A stretch of 53,266 bases of DNA from NCBI GenBank assembly GCA_002269645.1, contig NIVC01004251.1, positions 1 to 53,266 on the forward strand, in the 5' to 3' direction. Numbering within the stretch: position 1 is the stretch's first letter; the number at the start of each line of letters is the position of its first letter. The notes beneath the pieces were generated by a model that worked only from the letters and a program-made list of their open reading frames with translations, did not search any database and was not told where the DNA came from. Below, one piece after another: positions 1-12,974 of the stretch. This stretch comes from Macrostomum lignano (lineage: Eukaryota). The position numbers and the translations under genes were made by a program.

Positions 1-1894
1 TTGTCACTGGAATTCTATGATTTTTTAATTTTCACTATCAAATATTGTCAAGAATTTTCAAGCTTACCTTATTTAAATGTTATCCTATCTTCGTATACAA
101 CGCTGGTGATAAATTTTTTTTTAAGTTCTGTGGTTTGAGCGGGTTCAAGTTAAACCGTCACTTGCTATTTAATACTCTCTTTTTGCCATCATCACGAATG
201 TTTGTCAGCGATTGTGAGCTAATGGAATGACAAACAATAGATTATTAAACAGTTGAATATCAGGCATAAAGCATGTGCGAGTGACTTATTGACACTAGCA
301 GCTTCTCTAGACTGCAATTAGTTAGCAGACTATCAGACCTGATCAGACCTGAAGCTATTCGACCTATCTTGTCTGTACTTATCCCTCTGTAAATTTGCAT
401 GGGAGTTATGATATGTTTAATCAAGCTAGTGTTGACTTGGGAAGTCGTTGACCTCATCAATTCGACTATATCAAATTGCAATGCTAATGCCGTTCACAAC
501 ACAGTAGCCAGCCAGTTGCCTTTTATTGAAACAGATCAAATTTATTACTTCAGTGTCATAATTTCCAAAGTAAGGACTGTAATTAACACGTAGCTTGTAT
601 TCCTCAAAAATGGATGACTATGAGTAATAGCTATCCATGGAGAAATGAAATGGAGGAGGACACTACGCTCTGTTTTCTTAGAAATGAGAGGATGGCCGGT
701 AGAGTCGTTGCATGGAGTTTCGGCCATAAACAATTCGAGTATTATTTGCAATTAATCGAGCAAAAAATCCAACGTTTCGTGAGCTGACTAAATGCACCAG
801 CGATACGACAGATATTCGTTCGTTTCCGGGCCTGTGTTATCGCGTTATCGTGTGTAATTGAAGCCGCCGGTTACTCTCTGACTTACTGTACTATTAACAG
901 TGTATTATCTGCCTCTAATTTATTCCTTAAAAGGGCACGCTCTAAGTGGTCAATTAAGTCCAAAACTGTCGAAAAAATTTTCACGCTTTTGTCTGATTTT
1001 AAACAACTCAACAACCTCCAGCTTTTATTTCCAAGAAACTTGAGTGTGGTGTCCTTCTACTTGAGTTGTCCATGTAGCGATCATCAGCTTCTGAACTTTT
1101 TATGGATTTTATTGACAAGTTTATCTTGAAGAAAGAGTTTAGAACAGTTTAAGTTTTGCCTAAACTTTTAAAGCAATTTCTCAGACAAAACATTTGCCCA
1201 CGGAAAAGTATGACTAATGGAAATAGAGAGTTCAATTTATGATTTTCTCATTGCACTGTTGTATGCATTTGGATACTTTTGATGGTAATATTACCGATAT
1301 CAATCCAGTTCTCTATGGCGCTGCGTGTAATAAAAACACCTGTCAGTCTGTTCAAACAATTAGTATGAACAATTATAGACTTCAGAAATAGCTAGTAAGC
1401 TAGTCTTGGGTGAATAAAAAACGGTTTATTATTTTTTTCGGCTTAATTCCGCTACTGACGGGAACGACAGTCATTATTATAAACTGAAAAATAATTGCTG
1501 AAAACCGAATAAGAAAGGGTAAAAGTACAAGAGGGTAGAATGGTGTAAGAGCAGAAATTCAATTAGTGGGCAAAACGTGAAGAGGTGCATTGTAAAGTAT
1601 TGCGCCGATATTTTGGGCAAAAGATCGATTGATTAGTAAAATTAATTAAAACAGTAAAATAAGCAAGGGATCTTGATTCTAATCAAGAATCAAAATTACA
1701 ACTTCGAATGTTTTATCAGTTCCAATAATTTGTTGACTAAATGGGCTTGAACACTATTGAATTCTTGTACATGCAAATAACAGACAGTAAAAAAAAGATA
1801 TTCTTTTTGTTTCCTTAAAATCGATTTTAACTTAATAACAGTAAACAACATTATATAGATTTACTGAATCAGTATTGTTATACCTGGACAAACC

Positions 1895-3700
1895 CTAAAC
1901 CTCTAGGTCAGTCACACTCACATTCGCATCGTCGTCTTGCTGATGACGCTCTGCCGCAGCTCTGTCCGTCGTGTCACTCTCCATCTCATCGGACTGTCTC
2001 CCACTGTTAGCAAAATTTCTTCCATTGAGGGCCGTTGATGCGGTCGAGAAGCAGGCGAGCAGGCAGTCGTGAAGGAGTTCAACAGCTTCCAGCATGGTCA
2101 GCAGCGAGCAGCCAAGGTACAGACCGAGTAATCCACCTGTGTCAGCAATCAGGTTGATCAAATCGTAGGCCTTTTCAATCTGAACCGCTGAACCAAAGCT
2201 TTTCACAGTGTGCAGCCGTATACGCATCAGCTGGTCATGCATGTAACCCGAACCGATAACTATGTTGTGCGTGGTCAGGTTATTTAGCATTGAGGTAGCT
2301 ATATTGCTCAAGTCATCGTAACCAGGAAATTGTACACCAGGAAAAGTGCTCCTTTTTAGCTGAACTAACGTCTGAAAGTGTTCAATAATTTCGTGCTGAA
2401 ATGACGATAGAATGCGGGGCCAGTCGCTGAAAGAGTAGGTGTACTTGAAAATGTCAGTCTGACAGGGTCTTCGCTGGGTGCAGAACTGCTGAATCAACTT
2501 CTGGTCCAGATTCGTACTAAAATAAGCCCCTCTTTCTATTTCACTAAAAAACTGACCGACTGACACCTGACCACTGAAAACTCGACTGGCGTTCATGCAG
2601 TTGCTGGTGTTGATAAACTTCCGATCGCGAGGTAACAGGTGACTCACACAGCCGCTTTGCTGCATCAGGAGCTGGTTACTTCGTTCAGCCCGACAAAGGT
2701 ACTCGCTGAATGCATAGGCCGTCTCGGTGTTATCGAACGGACTGATGATGCGACTGGGCTCAGGGCTACTCGAGCACTGCATTCCTTTGCCCAGAATGAG
2801 CCTCTCAATCTCGAGGTCGATTCTATAGTCTTTTCCAGCGCTGAGCTGAATCATGGACTCGGAGTCCGGATAGTGACCAGGTCGAGCAAAGTAAACATTG
2901 ACTCCGGCTCCAGAATCTAAGTTAATGCCATTCTGAAAATCCCAGGCGAGAAAGTTTATTCCAGTTGAGTTTGCGATCGGAATGGGGAGCAGTGAGGAGT
3001 TCTTGGGGAAGTCAAAGAATGTCCCATCCAAGAAGAGACCGACTTCCAGGTAACTGCCCTCAGTGCTCAGGATTTTTCTCTGGTCTGTAGTGGGCTCAAT
3101 GCGAATGCAGTTTAGCTCCGATGGACTGTAAAACTTTTTTGCTGGAACGATGTCCCTGTGAAGACCGTTAAGAATTGTCAAGAAGAGAAACTGCAACAGC
3201 TGATGACCCATGGCCTGACTAACCAGTCGGTAAGGCATGGTTGCCAGAAGGGTCTTGGCTAGAATGCCAGTATACAATTGATTTGGTGGCACGCCCATCA
3301 TCCCGATGAGCTGAGTGACATAGCTGTTTATTTCGGCTGTGTTGTTCGGGTCTAGAATGTACGGATAACTGCCCGACATGATGGCATTGTTGCAGATGAC
3401 CAGATCGGGGAACTCGAACTCCACCGAGTTCTGCTGCAGCGTGGTGGTCTCTGGCTGCTCGTTGAAGGTTTTGATGAAGCTCTGCACCTGTGTAACAAAG
3501 CCGGTAAGGCAGAGCGCGAAGCCGACAAGCCAGATGACCTTGACGTAGATCGGACGGGACCCCACAAGTCTTCCGAGGCCGTGAGCCGTGGTGTCGCTCA
3601 GCCATGAGTGCACAGGCTGCGCCAGAAGTACTCGGAGTTGTTCGCTGGTCTGTTTTGATTCTTTTTCGGTGAAATTTTCATCAGAATTTTCCTGCTTCAT
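1895..3700 (-). CDS. Intronless DEG/ENaC (amiloride-sensitive sodium channel family) subunit, 601 aa
   Basis: Single ORF with N-terminal HG gating motif (DTTAHGLGRL), TM1 (VIWLVGFALCLTGFV), post-TM1 FPDLVICNN, Cys-containing extracellular loop, and TM2 ADTGGLLGLYLGCSLLTMLE with the GxS selectivity filter. Confidence 0.92.
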   Translation of the reverse strand: MKQENSDENFTEKESKQTSEQLRVLLAQPVHSWLSDTTAHGLGRLVGSRPIYVKVIWLVGFALCLTGFVTQVQSFIKTFNEQPETTTLQQNSVEFEFPDLVICNNAIMSGSYPYILDPNNTAEINSYVTQLIGMMGVPPNQLYTGILAKTLLATMPYRLVSQAMGHQLLQFLFLTILNGLHRDIVPAKKFYSPSELNCIRIEPTTDQRKILSTEGSYLEVGLFLDGTFFDFPKNSSLLPIPIANSTGINFLAWDFQNGINLDSGAGVNVYFARPGHYPDSESMIQLSAGKDYRIDLEIERLILGKGMQCSSSPEPSRIISPFDNTETAYAFSEYLCRAERSNQLLMQQSGCVSHLLPRDRKFINTSNCMNASRVFSGQVSVGQFFSEIERGAYFSTNLDQKLIQQFCTQRRPCQTDIFKYTYSFSDWPRILSSFQHEIIEHFQTLVQLKRSTFPGVQFPGYDDLSNIATSMLNNLTTHNIVIGSGYMHDQLMRIRLHTVKSFGSAVQIEKAYDLINLIADTGGLLGLYLGCSLLTMLEAVELLHDCLLACFSTASTALNGRNFANSGRQSDEMESDTTDRAAAERHQQDDDANVSVTDLEV

Positions 3701-6700
3701 ATCGATTGAAAGCCAGATGATTTCAATGAAAATTTTGGGAAATGCGCGAGATTTATCTTGTCTATTCCTGCAGTGTCTTTTCCAATGGCGCTCCTCGGAT
3801 TAGCTAGCTACATGTATATATTTATTGGGCTTCGTTAGTTCTCAAGGTTGCCCTAAAGAGCTTCTTGGCAAAAGACAAAGAATTAAATATTGTTCCTGGG
3901 ACTGTCAGGGAAGAGCCTTTAAGCACCTTGCTTTCTTTCTTAATTCTACTTCTTGCCTATGTTTGCATTTCTGAATGCAGCTAGCTCTGTTGCTCACGGC
4001 CTTTGTTAAACAAAAGAATTCATGCATTGCAGCTGTGTAGCTGTCTACAGACGTCTTCTAACGACAGACTTTTCATAATGCTGTTGTTTGTTAGCGGTAT
4101 GGTTTTGAATGTCAAATAAGGGAATAAAAATACGTGATTTCTTTGAGTCTTTGTCTGTCAGTCAATAATTTTGTTTCTCTGATATCAGGTGGGTATATAA
4201 ATGCATAATCACTTATAACAACCACAGTTTTTGCTACGAGTATGAACGTTTATATTTAATAATACAATTTATCATATAGAGCCGGACGTAAAAAATACAC
4301 TACCGTGCATGACGATTGATACGGAGTGCCATTTTTTGGAGGATCTTGCCGTCAATAGCATGTTCGTTGGCCAGCAGAAGCTGCGCTTCTCTTCTGATTT
4401 GAAGTTTAAAGGGCCTGTCAACTTAAGCTCACAAAGTGGAGTCCTTAATTACCTACTTGCTTGTTCTCTCCTATCCCAATTCCAAATTTCGTCACTTTTT
4501 TTGCCAAACCCAGCTTCCTGGCTCCGAGTCCGGGCTTTATGAACTTAAGCTGACAGGCGATTCTGAGCCAACCTACATGACGGACACCCGGCTATGGTTC
4601 GGTGCAGCGGCATCTGTCAGCAGCTTCTTCCAGCCCTCCAGTTCATGATGCTCAAGCGCAAGTTCTGCAACTTCACAGCTTTGCATGAACGATTTTGACT
4701 TTCCTGGGTCGTTGACTGATTGCCGGCGCTTTTCTCATTGTCAACCGGCAACAGTGCGTAGAGCTGACAGCATCTAGTTCAGCACTAAGTCCGGGCTCAT
4801 GAGCTTGCCAAGTGCCAAAGTCGAAGAGTTGCAAATTTTCATCAACCAGTTTGCATCAACCAGACAAAATGTAATTTTTAAAAATGAAGGCACAAAAACT
4901 ATATGCATTTTTGTATTTTCCAATCTTCTGAACTCTTTAGAAAGCTTATATTCTAAAGACGATGCAGCATTTAGTGCAGCTCAAAATTTGGTGACTGGGG
5001 TGCTGGCGCAGTTCTTCTTTTTTGCTAGCGGCTCTTGCCAGTTATCGTTCTTCTGCTCGCGATTTCTGCTTTGGCTTTGGCTAAGGCTTTGTACACTCCA
5101 TCCTGCTTTCGCCAGCTCTTTGTCGTGTTCATTGTTCTGCTCTTTGTTGGGTGGAGGCTGATGGCAAGCAGCTTACATGTGCTGTCATTTTCTGAGGTGA
5201 ACATCGGAACTTCTGTGCGATTTGTTTTTCTAGCAATATTCGATGTGATGAGTGTGCAGCACATTTTATACGAGCATATAATGAAAAACTGAGATATTGT
5301 CATTTGACGGCCGGAAATCAACTGCCGACGATTTAGGTTAGTGTTAGGGTTAGAGTTTACGTTAGGGTCGTGGATTAAGCTAGGTTTAATAGTAGAGTTA
5401 GGTTTAGGGTTATGACTATAGATGGCAGTCAAGTTGCCGCAGTCCTATGTCATCAATAGTCAGGTTTCTAGCAACAGGTATAGGCTGGAGCACATCGCTT
5501 GTGATCTTGTGAAGTCACAAGGAGTGCAACGTAATACTGCACTGGCTTAAAGTTACGGGTAGTAACAATGAAGCATTGTTAATTACCAGGAAAATGGTTA
5601 ACTATTGACTGTTGAGGCAAAAGCTTACCTGTGCACTTGGCTCTACCATGATGTCCTCTGTTTGAACAATTGGAATATTAAGAGCGTAATACCAGGGTAT
5701 ATGCACCTGTAATAACTAATATTGTTTGCCAAGTGAGATGCGAGCAAATGGTTAGTCTGGTTAAACTTGTAACCGAATGGTTCTTTGTCTGTGTTTGAAG
5801 CAAATTCAGCGTCAGTCAATAAGAAAGTGAACAGTGTGTTACCCCAAGTCTGGCCAGGTAATTTTAGAAACAAGAACTGCTAGAAATCTTGCAATACTTT
5901 TAAATCTTTCTGAGTAGTCGTGCATGGCAGCTAGAAGTTTCCAAGGAAAAATTATCTTTTTGTTATAATGCATTGATAGAATTGATTGATTGATTATTCT
6001 TTCTAAGAATTACAAACGATATCATAACTAACTGGCCGACAAAGAACCATGTTGCTAATTCAGAGAACTGTATTCTACTCGTGCTCAGGCCTCTGGGTAT
6101 TTCCCAGACAACTTGAAGTACAACGCCTGTTTAAAAAGCATCCTAACAACCTCATTTACCAATAAAAATTCACAAACAAGACAAAGACAAAGCAAGACAA
6201 ATTGTCGCAAAAATATTTGTCGTCAAAAGCTCTGACGCCACTATAGTACCTCGAAAGGCTGTCTGTGTTAACATCTGTGCAGTCTCGCGTCTTTAGCTCC
6301 CTTATCCCAAATCCAAATGCCTCGCTACTCTACTGCTTTCTACTAAAAGAATCATTTTGACTTTCAAATTTGCGTCATCATTGCGGACTCATTTTCTGTC
6401 AATTCTCCAAGAAGCAGATGTGATGGAAATTCACTCTTCTTTTCTATCTATTGCCCTACACATTGTGCTGCGGTGTCGCACAGGGAGATCCGATGGTGCC
6501 GATGTCCGCAGCGCGGTCTCCCTCCGGAGAGTCCAGAAAGTGGATGGTCGCTCGCCCAGTAGTGCATAGATGGCGGACGAGCTGGCAGAAATTCTCGGAC
6601 CTGAAAACATCGGAGAGTACGCTCGTAATTAAACAGCTTTCAGCGAAGCGATGCCATGGCAAAACAGCCACGGCCTGAAAGGGCCCATGATTACTGCCTG

Positions 6701-7433
6701 ATGTCCTTGCGGTTGAGTCCAAGCAGGGCCCTGCGGAGGGCGGGGGAAGGACAGGGGACAGCCGCGCGGGATTGCCGGCAGTCGGGGGCAAGGAGAGGTG
6801 GAAGCCACCTACTGGTTGATCCGAGTGGTGAATGGTGGTGGGGTGGGGCCACGGCGACCAGTAAAAGACCCGGTCGAGCCAGCCTTGGCCAGGCGATAGG
6901 CCAACTTTTACCGTAGCCCCAGCTCCTATAGAAGCCCGGGGACATTCTATAGGAGCTTCAGGAGGACAATTCGTACCTTAATGACACCTTAGGGACGCCA
7001 AGGCTCGTAGCATTCTCTCGAAAGTCAAGTTTGGCGTGTTGCTAATTGCTAATAAAAGTAAATGTTGCGTGTAATAGAGTGTACTCAACACTAGGACAGT
7101 TCAGTTAGTGCATAATAAAATTGATGCTTCGTGATTTTATACAGACTGCCATTGTATTTTTACTGCATACCCCTTTTTGGAGGTGTAAAAAGTGATATTT
7201 GTAGAGCTTTATAAGTCAAAAGCGCCAATACATTGTAGTTCTATAAAAATATTTTATTTGAAAACTATTTGACGAAGCGAATGAGATCAAATTAGTCTGT
7301 TACATGTGCAATTTGGCAAACTATTGAACCATTTCGATTTAAATACTCGAAATTTTAATTTGAAAATTAATGCACTTTGACAACAAGTCCGGCAAACTTG
7401 ATTACAAAATATAGTTTTTTATAATCAGTCAAA

Positions 7434-10400
7434 TTAATCAACGGCAAAATGCTTTCGAAACAAATCCGGGTGATGAACGCGGAACTGATTCAGTCTATCC
7501 TGCCTGGCTTGCTCATTGCTGCCAGCCTCCTCTAGCAGACGCTGCATCAAATCAACCAGAGCAGCTTCCGTTGTTATTCGACTCGTCCGTTGAGTCTCTT
7601 CCGTTCTGAGCAGATTTCCTGGCTGCTCCTGCGACTGCGCCTGTTTGGGCATCAGCGTCAAGCGTTGCTGCCGCTTCCGAAGTCGCGACAGCAGCTTGGC
7701 GCGCTGGTAAATGTCCATGGGCAGGCGGAACAGCCGGCGCCAGTTGCCCAGAGCCAAGCTGAACAAGCAGCGAACTCGCTGACGCCACTGCCGGATGCTG
7801 GACGATGCAGCTGCTGAGCGATCCTTTTGGTGTGGGTTTTTTGAGGGTTGGAAAAAGGTTAAGTGATTTTAATAAGCGATGTCAGATCCACTGTAGCATC
7901 GATGCCTACAGAATCGTCATTTGTCAGTGCTTCACGACATCGTGAAAAATCTCCAAACACGAGGGGGCGTTGACCCAGTGGTCTAGTCGCGGCTCTCTGA
8001 TGTACCAGCGGCCCAGGATCGATTTCAAGTGCAGTCACATTAATTTGGAACTGAATTAGAATCTCGGCTTGGCTCTGCTCGTGCAACTAACGCCCTTAAG
8101 AGGGCCAACCCTCAAGGCGCTTGTGTGCCTGCTCAGGGGAGTCGGTGGAATGGACAGTGATGCCTCTAGTCGGTTGTGTGACAATGTCGCTTAAAGGGCG
8201 CCAGGGTGCACACAGCCCTTGCCATTGAACACTAACAAACTAAACCTCGCGACTTCAGCAACTCTTTATTCATTCAACAGAAAAGAGGTTTTACCGCATT
8301 CTCGTGTCGCAGCTGTTGCCAAGCCCAGCCGTGTCGAGAGTCGGCTAGAAGCAGCTCGGCAAGTTGATTCAGCAAGTGCTGCTGTTGCTGATCCTGATCC
8401 TGATGATCCTGATGACAGCAGCATTCCACGTAAGCTAGCAGGTTCTCAGACAGTTGGCGGTGCCGAAGACTAAGCAGACAGAATGCCATTTGCAGTACCC
8501 GACAGAAAAACTCGGATTCTTCGCTGGTTGACAGCGGTGGCGGTGACGGCTGGACCAGTAGCGCTGCGAAGACGTGACGCAGCTTCGACCAGCCGAGAGG
8601 ATCCGGCAGCCGACCCAGCAAATTAATTAACCGCTGCAGCGTCAGAGGATGCCTGCTGGGCGAATTGCGTCCGCCGCCAGTTGCTTGCAAGTCGTGAGCG
8701 AGTTGGCTGGCCAAAAATTCGCGAAACTTCGGCATTGACGATGAGGTCGACGGAATGGACACTGTCGGAAACATTAATGACTGGCAGCGGCGTTGCTGCT
8801 GAGGTGGAATTGAGGCGTGCTGCTGAAGGTCTAGGAAGCTTGACGTTGCGCAGCGAGAGCCACGTCGAGGTGACGCCGGTTTAGTGGCAGAATCTGACTG
8901 AGGCTCTTCCATGTGAGCCAGCTCGTCAATCACTGGCAGGTCAATCAGGCGTAGCAGACGCTGCAGGCACAAATGATGGATGCACTCGTCCAGGTAGGAG
9001 GTGGCGTTCGATGGATCGTGGCAAGTGTAGAGCTCATCTAAAAGGATGCAACAGTATAGCTCCCTGAAATTCCTTCATCTACTTAATCAACAGTGTTTAT
9101 TAGTTCTGCAATTTAGTTCCCTTGGATTTTCAAGCAATCCAAGCACTGATACCGAATTTACGAATACTTTATTTCGTAACCAACATTTAAGCCATCTCCA
9201 GACAGTCACCAACACGTCATTCAGCCACCAACACATTAATCACGATTCCCGTTTAAAGTATAACTCAATACTGAGCACTAAATACTCGTACCTCTCAAAG
9301 TGATCTCAAGGGCCGAAATCGATGCATCGCCTCGACCATCCGTCTGTTCGATGAAGCCTTTCGGCCTCGATATCTCAGCGAAGCCGCCTCCTCCATCTTT
9401 GCGTCGTTTTTCCACCGGAGAATCGTCGCCTCGGTATTGGTTGTGCTGTGACGAATCGACTGACTCGATGTCAACCTTCGCTGCGCCAGAAACGACTTGT
9501 TCTTCTTCATCAACGACGTGCTCTTCGTCGAGTTGTTCGTCAAGCTCGAGTTCAAGGCCTCGGCCAGTGCCAGCCAGGCAGGAGGCGGAGCGGACGTGCT
9601 GCAGTCGGCTGGACAGTCGGCTGGGGGCGCCGCGAAGCAGCCCGCGCACCGCCTGGCCACCGCCGGTCAGCAATCGGCGGAGCAGCTTTTTGGGAAAGGG
9701 AAAAACGATTCGACAGAAATTCTCAGATTTTACTACTACTGTTAGTAACTGTTAGGGAGCTTTAAAACAAAAAGCTTAGCGTCTCTCCAAAGAGTTGGGC
9801 GTCTCTCTAATGAGTTTGGCGCCCCTCTAATGAGTTTTGGCACCCCTCTAATGAGTTTGGCACCCCTCTAATGAGTTTGGCGCCCCTCTAATGAGTTTGG
9901 CGCCCCTCTAATGAGTTTGGCGCCCCTCTAATGTGTTTGGCGTCGCTCTAATGAGTTTGGCGCCCTTCTAATGAATTTGGCAACCCTCTAATGAGTTTGG
10001 CACTCCTCTAATGAGTTTGGCGCCCCTCTAATGAGTTTGGCGCCCCTCTAATGTGTTTGGCGTCGCTCTAATGAGTTTGGCGCCCTTCTAATGAATTTGG
10101 CACCCCTCTAATGAGTTTGGCACTCTTCTAATGAGTTTGGCGCCCCTCTAATGAGTTTGGCGCCCTTCTAATGAGTTTGGTACCCCTCTAATGAGTTTGG
10201 TACCCCTCTAATGAGTTTGGCGCCCTTCTAATGAGTTTGGCACCTCTCTAATGAGTTTGGCGCCCTTCTAATGAGTTTGGCACCTCTCTAATGAGTTTGG
10301 CGCCCTTCTAATGAGTTTGGCACCTCTCTAATGAGTTTGGCGCCCCTATGAAGAGTTTGGCGCCCCTCAAATAAGTTTGGCGCCTCTCTAAGAACTTTAA

Positions 10401-11263
10401 CGCTCCAAAGGGCATTACCTTGACCTGTTTTAGCCGAAGCCCAGATGCATAATTTTTGTGTTGCATGTCGAATTTCTGTCCAGAATCAGCCTCAGCAGTC
10501 GAGCCAACTTCAACAAACGGCTGTACAGAAGGACTCGAAGTGTTCAGCCGATAAAACCTGTTGCTTTTGGCTTCAAATTTGGTAGAATTTGAGCTGCCGC
10601 CGCAGGAGAGGAGGGTGCCGGAGTCCAATAGGCCTTGACAGACAGACTGAGCTCGAGAGTGACTGTCCGTCTGGCTGACTGATGCTGACGCTTCAGACGA
10701 TGTCAGTTGAAGGTATTCAATAGCAGCAGTGTGCAGCTGCTTGCCTGAACGTTTCAGATCAGTTTGAATTGAGGGAAACAGGCAGCCAAGGAGCTGCTTC
10801 CACTGGCGAGTGGCTCTGAACTGCTGCTGGCTTCCTGTGGATGAAGGACGACGGTTTTAATAACTGCAATATGTATCGGCTTCCTCAGTGTCAGCTGTTA
10901 GTGTTAGATAGCAATGTTTCAGCTGTTAGATAGCAATGTGTCAGCTGTTAGATAGCAATGTGTCAGCTGTTAGATAGCAATGTGTCAGCTGTTAGATAGC
11001 AATGTGTCAGCTGTTAGATAGGAATGTGTCAGCTGTTGCACAGGATTGTGTCAGTTGTTAGGCAGCAAAACCAATTTACACAGGTATTTATTCTCATAAA
11101 ATAGTGTTACCTGTTCGACCTTTTACATGTTAGATGTTGAGATAATTGTAAGCTGACAGAAATCCCAATGAAAGGAGAGAATTCACTCACGAAGTCCTGA
11201 ACTGGGTGCCTCTGAGGAGGCATCGCAAGAGTCCTCAAAGTCAGTCTGTCCGATTGTGAACAT
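7434..11263 (-). CDS. DEPDC7: DEP-domain protein, DEPDC7/DEPDC1/LET-99-like; 5 exons, about 671 aa
   Basis: Exons 11263-11191, 10834-10419, 9685-9292, 9037-8295 and 7823-7434 have GT-AG boundaries and matching phases (2016 nt total). N-terminal FRATRQW...RAQSVCQGLLDSG...FEAKSNRFYRL is DEP-like. C-terminal RLNQFRVHHPDLFRKHF matches the family end (xQFxKxHPDIFxxHF). Orthology to DEPDC7 versus DEPDC1/4 is not resolved. Confidence 0.8.
9779..10395. repeat. 20-bp minisatellite (GGCGCCCCTCTAATGAGTTT)n in DEPDC7-like intron 2
   Basis: About 30 directly visible tandem units. Confidence 0.95.
10905..11060. repeat. 22-bp minisatellite (GTCAGCTGTTAGATAGCAATGT)n in DEPDC7-like intron 1
   Basis: About 6-7 tandem units. 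Confidence 0.9.
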
Positions 11264-11695
11264 TTTTAAAAATATTTTGAAACATTTTGTGAAATTAGAA
11301 ATAGCGAGGCTTTTATAACGACTGGGCATGTGTCAGGGAGGGTTGTGCAATTTATCATGCAACAAAAGCGATAGTTTTTTTAAATGGATGCACGATGGAC
11401 TCGCAGGCTCATAAATCATTTGGTCAGTTGTTCTGTCGATGTACATATGGATATGTACGATTGAGGTGTGTACAGCATGATCTACATTGCAACGAATATG
11501 GTTTTAAAAGCTAAGTAGTTGTGCAAGTGACTTGTAACTTTCTTCTATTGTACCTTTTTGATGTATTCTAATTGATTAACTCTAATTAAAAGGAAGTAGT
11601 TATTTTTAATTAGAAAAAGTAATTACCTTTAATTAAAGAGAAGTAATTACGGTAAATTAGAGAAGAGAATTAATTAATTAAAAAAGTGAGGAGGA

Positions 11696-12364
11696 GTCAC
11701 CTGTTAGACACAGATGAGTCACCTGTTAGACACACAGGAGTCACCTGTTAGACACAAAGGAGTCACCTGTTAGACACAGAGTAGACACCTGTTAGACACA
11801 GATGAGTCACCTGTTAGACACAGAGGAGTCACCTGTTAGACACAAAGGAGTCACCTGTTAGACACAAAGTAGTCACCTGTTAGACACAGAGTAGACACCT
11901 GTTAGACACAAAGGAGTCACCTGTTAGACACAGAGTAGACACCTGTTAGACACAAAGGAGTCACCTGTTAGACACAAAGGAGTCACCTGTTAGACACAGA
12001 TGAGTCACCTGTTAGGCACAGATGAGTCACCTGTTAGACACAAAGGAGTCACCTGTTAGACACAGAGTCTAGACACCTGTTAGACACAGAGGAGTCACCT
12101 GTTAGACACAAAGGAGTCACCTGTTAGACACAGAGAAGACACCTGTTAGACACAGATGAGTCACCTGTTAGACACAGATGAGTCACCTGTTAGACACAAA
12201 GGAGTCACCTGTTAGACACAAAGTAGTCACCTGTTAGACACAGAGTAGACACCTGTTAGACACAAAGGAGTCACCTGTTAGACACAGAGTAGACACCTGT
12301 TAGACACAAAGGAGTCACCTGTTAGACACAAAGGAGTCACCTGTTAGACACAGATGAGTCACCT
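11696..12364. repeat. About 22-bp minisatellite (GAGTCACCTGTTAGACACAAAG)n
   Basis: About 30 tandem units with length variants. Confidence 0.95.
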
Positions 12365-12974
12365 TTCAGCTTTCGAGCCTTATTCAAAAATGGCAATGGT
12401 GCTGAACGTCCGGTATGAAATGGGAATCCTTTTTTTAGTTTTCTATACGATACTACTATGAGTATTTTAATTGAAAAAAACCGTAAAATCTAAAAATAAA
12501 GAATTTTGTGATTTTACTTTAAGCGCCAATGACTGTAAAAGTGTTATTATAATATCAGTGTTAAAGACTACTAGTTCTAATACTCAAGGACAACTAATTA
12601 AAATGTTCAAGGACTACTACATGTAATTTAAATGGTCAGGCACTACTAATTTTTAACTCACAGCCTCCGACATCAAAGTCACCATTGCCAACGCAGCACC
12701 CAAGCACCTGCGGCATTTCGGCTGTAGACGATTATCTGTTTCTTAGAAAACCAATATTTAAAAAGGTGCCAAAAGCAAACAGCGCCGACAATAGAATTGT
12801 GGGCGGGCAGCCGTCGGGCCGGAACAGATTACCTTGGATGGTCAGCCTGAAGTACCTGGGCTCAGAGCGGTGCGGCGCCACCCTCATCACTGACCGGCAC
12901 GTCCGGCACTGCCGCTCACTGCTTCAAGGATTTGTGAGCTGCACATTACGTCTAAGAATTTCTTTGATACTAAT

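Noticed and set aside
45-1400. Short ORFs at the window start
   Set aside because: No motifs, splice logic or codon signal that I can support.
2639-3803. Overlapping antisense and alternative-frame ORFs in the ENaC gene (likewise inside the LINE and the transposase)
   Set aside because: Shadow ORFs of GC-rich coding sequence.
4309-5900. Coding-looking minus-strand patches (e.g. DRPFKLQIRREAQLLLANEHAIDGKILQKM)
   Set aside because: Interrupted by stops, no recognisable domain and no consistent exon chain; possibly a decayed gene but unsupported.
6220-6740. Hammerhead-like CTGACG...GAAA (about 6224) and CTGATG (about 6697)
   Set aside because: The conserved CUGANGA core and the three stems are not completed.
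7859-8086. 75-aa ORF as an extra DEPDC7-like exon
   Set aside because: The flanking exons already join in phase and there is no family similarity.
9779-12364. Regular 20-22-bp arrays resembling CRISPR repeats
   Set aside because: Units are contiguous with no unique spacers, there are no cas genes, and the context is eukaryotic introns.
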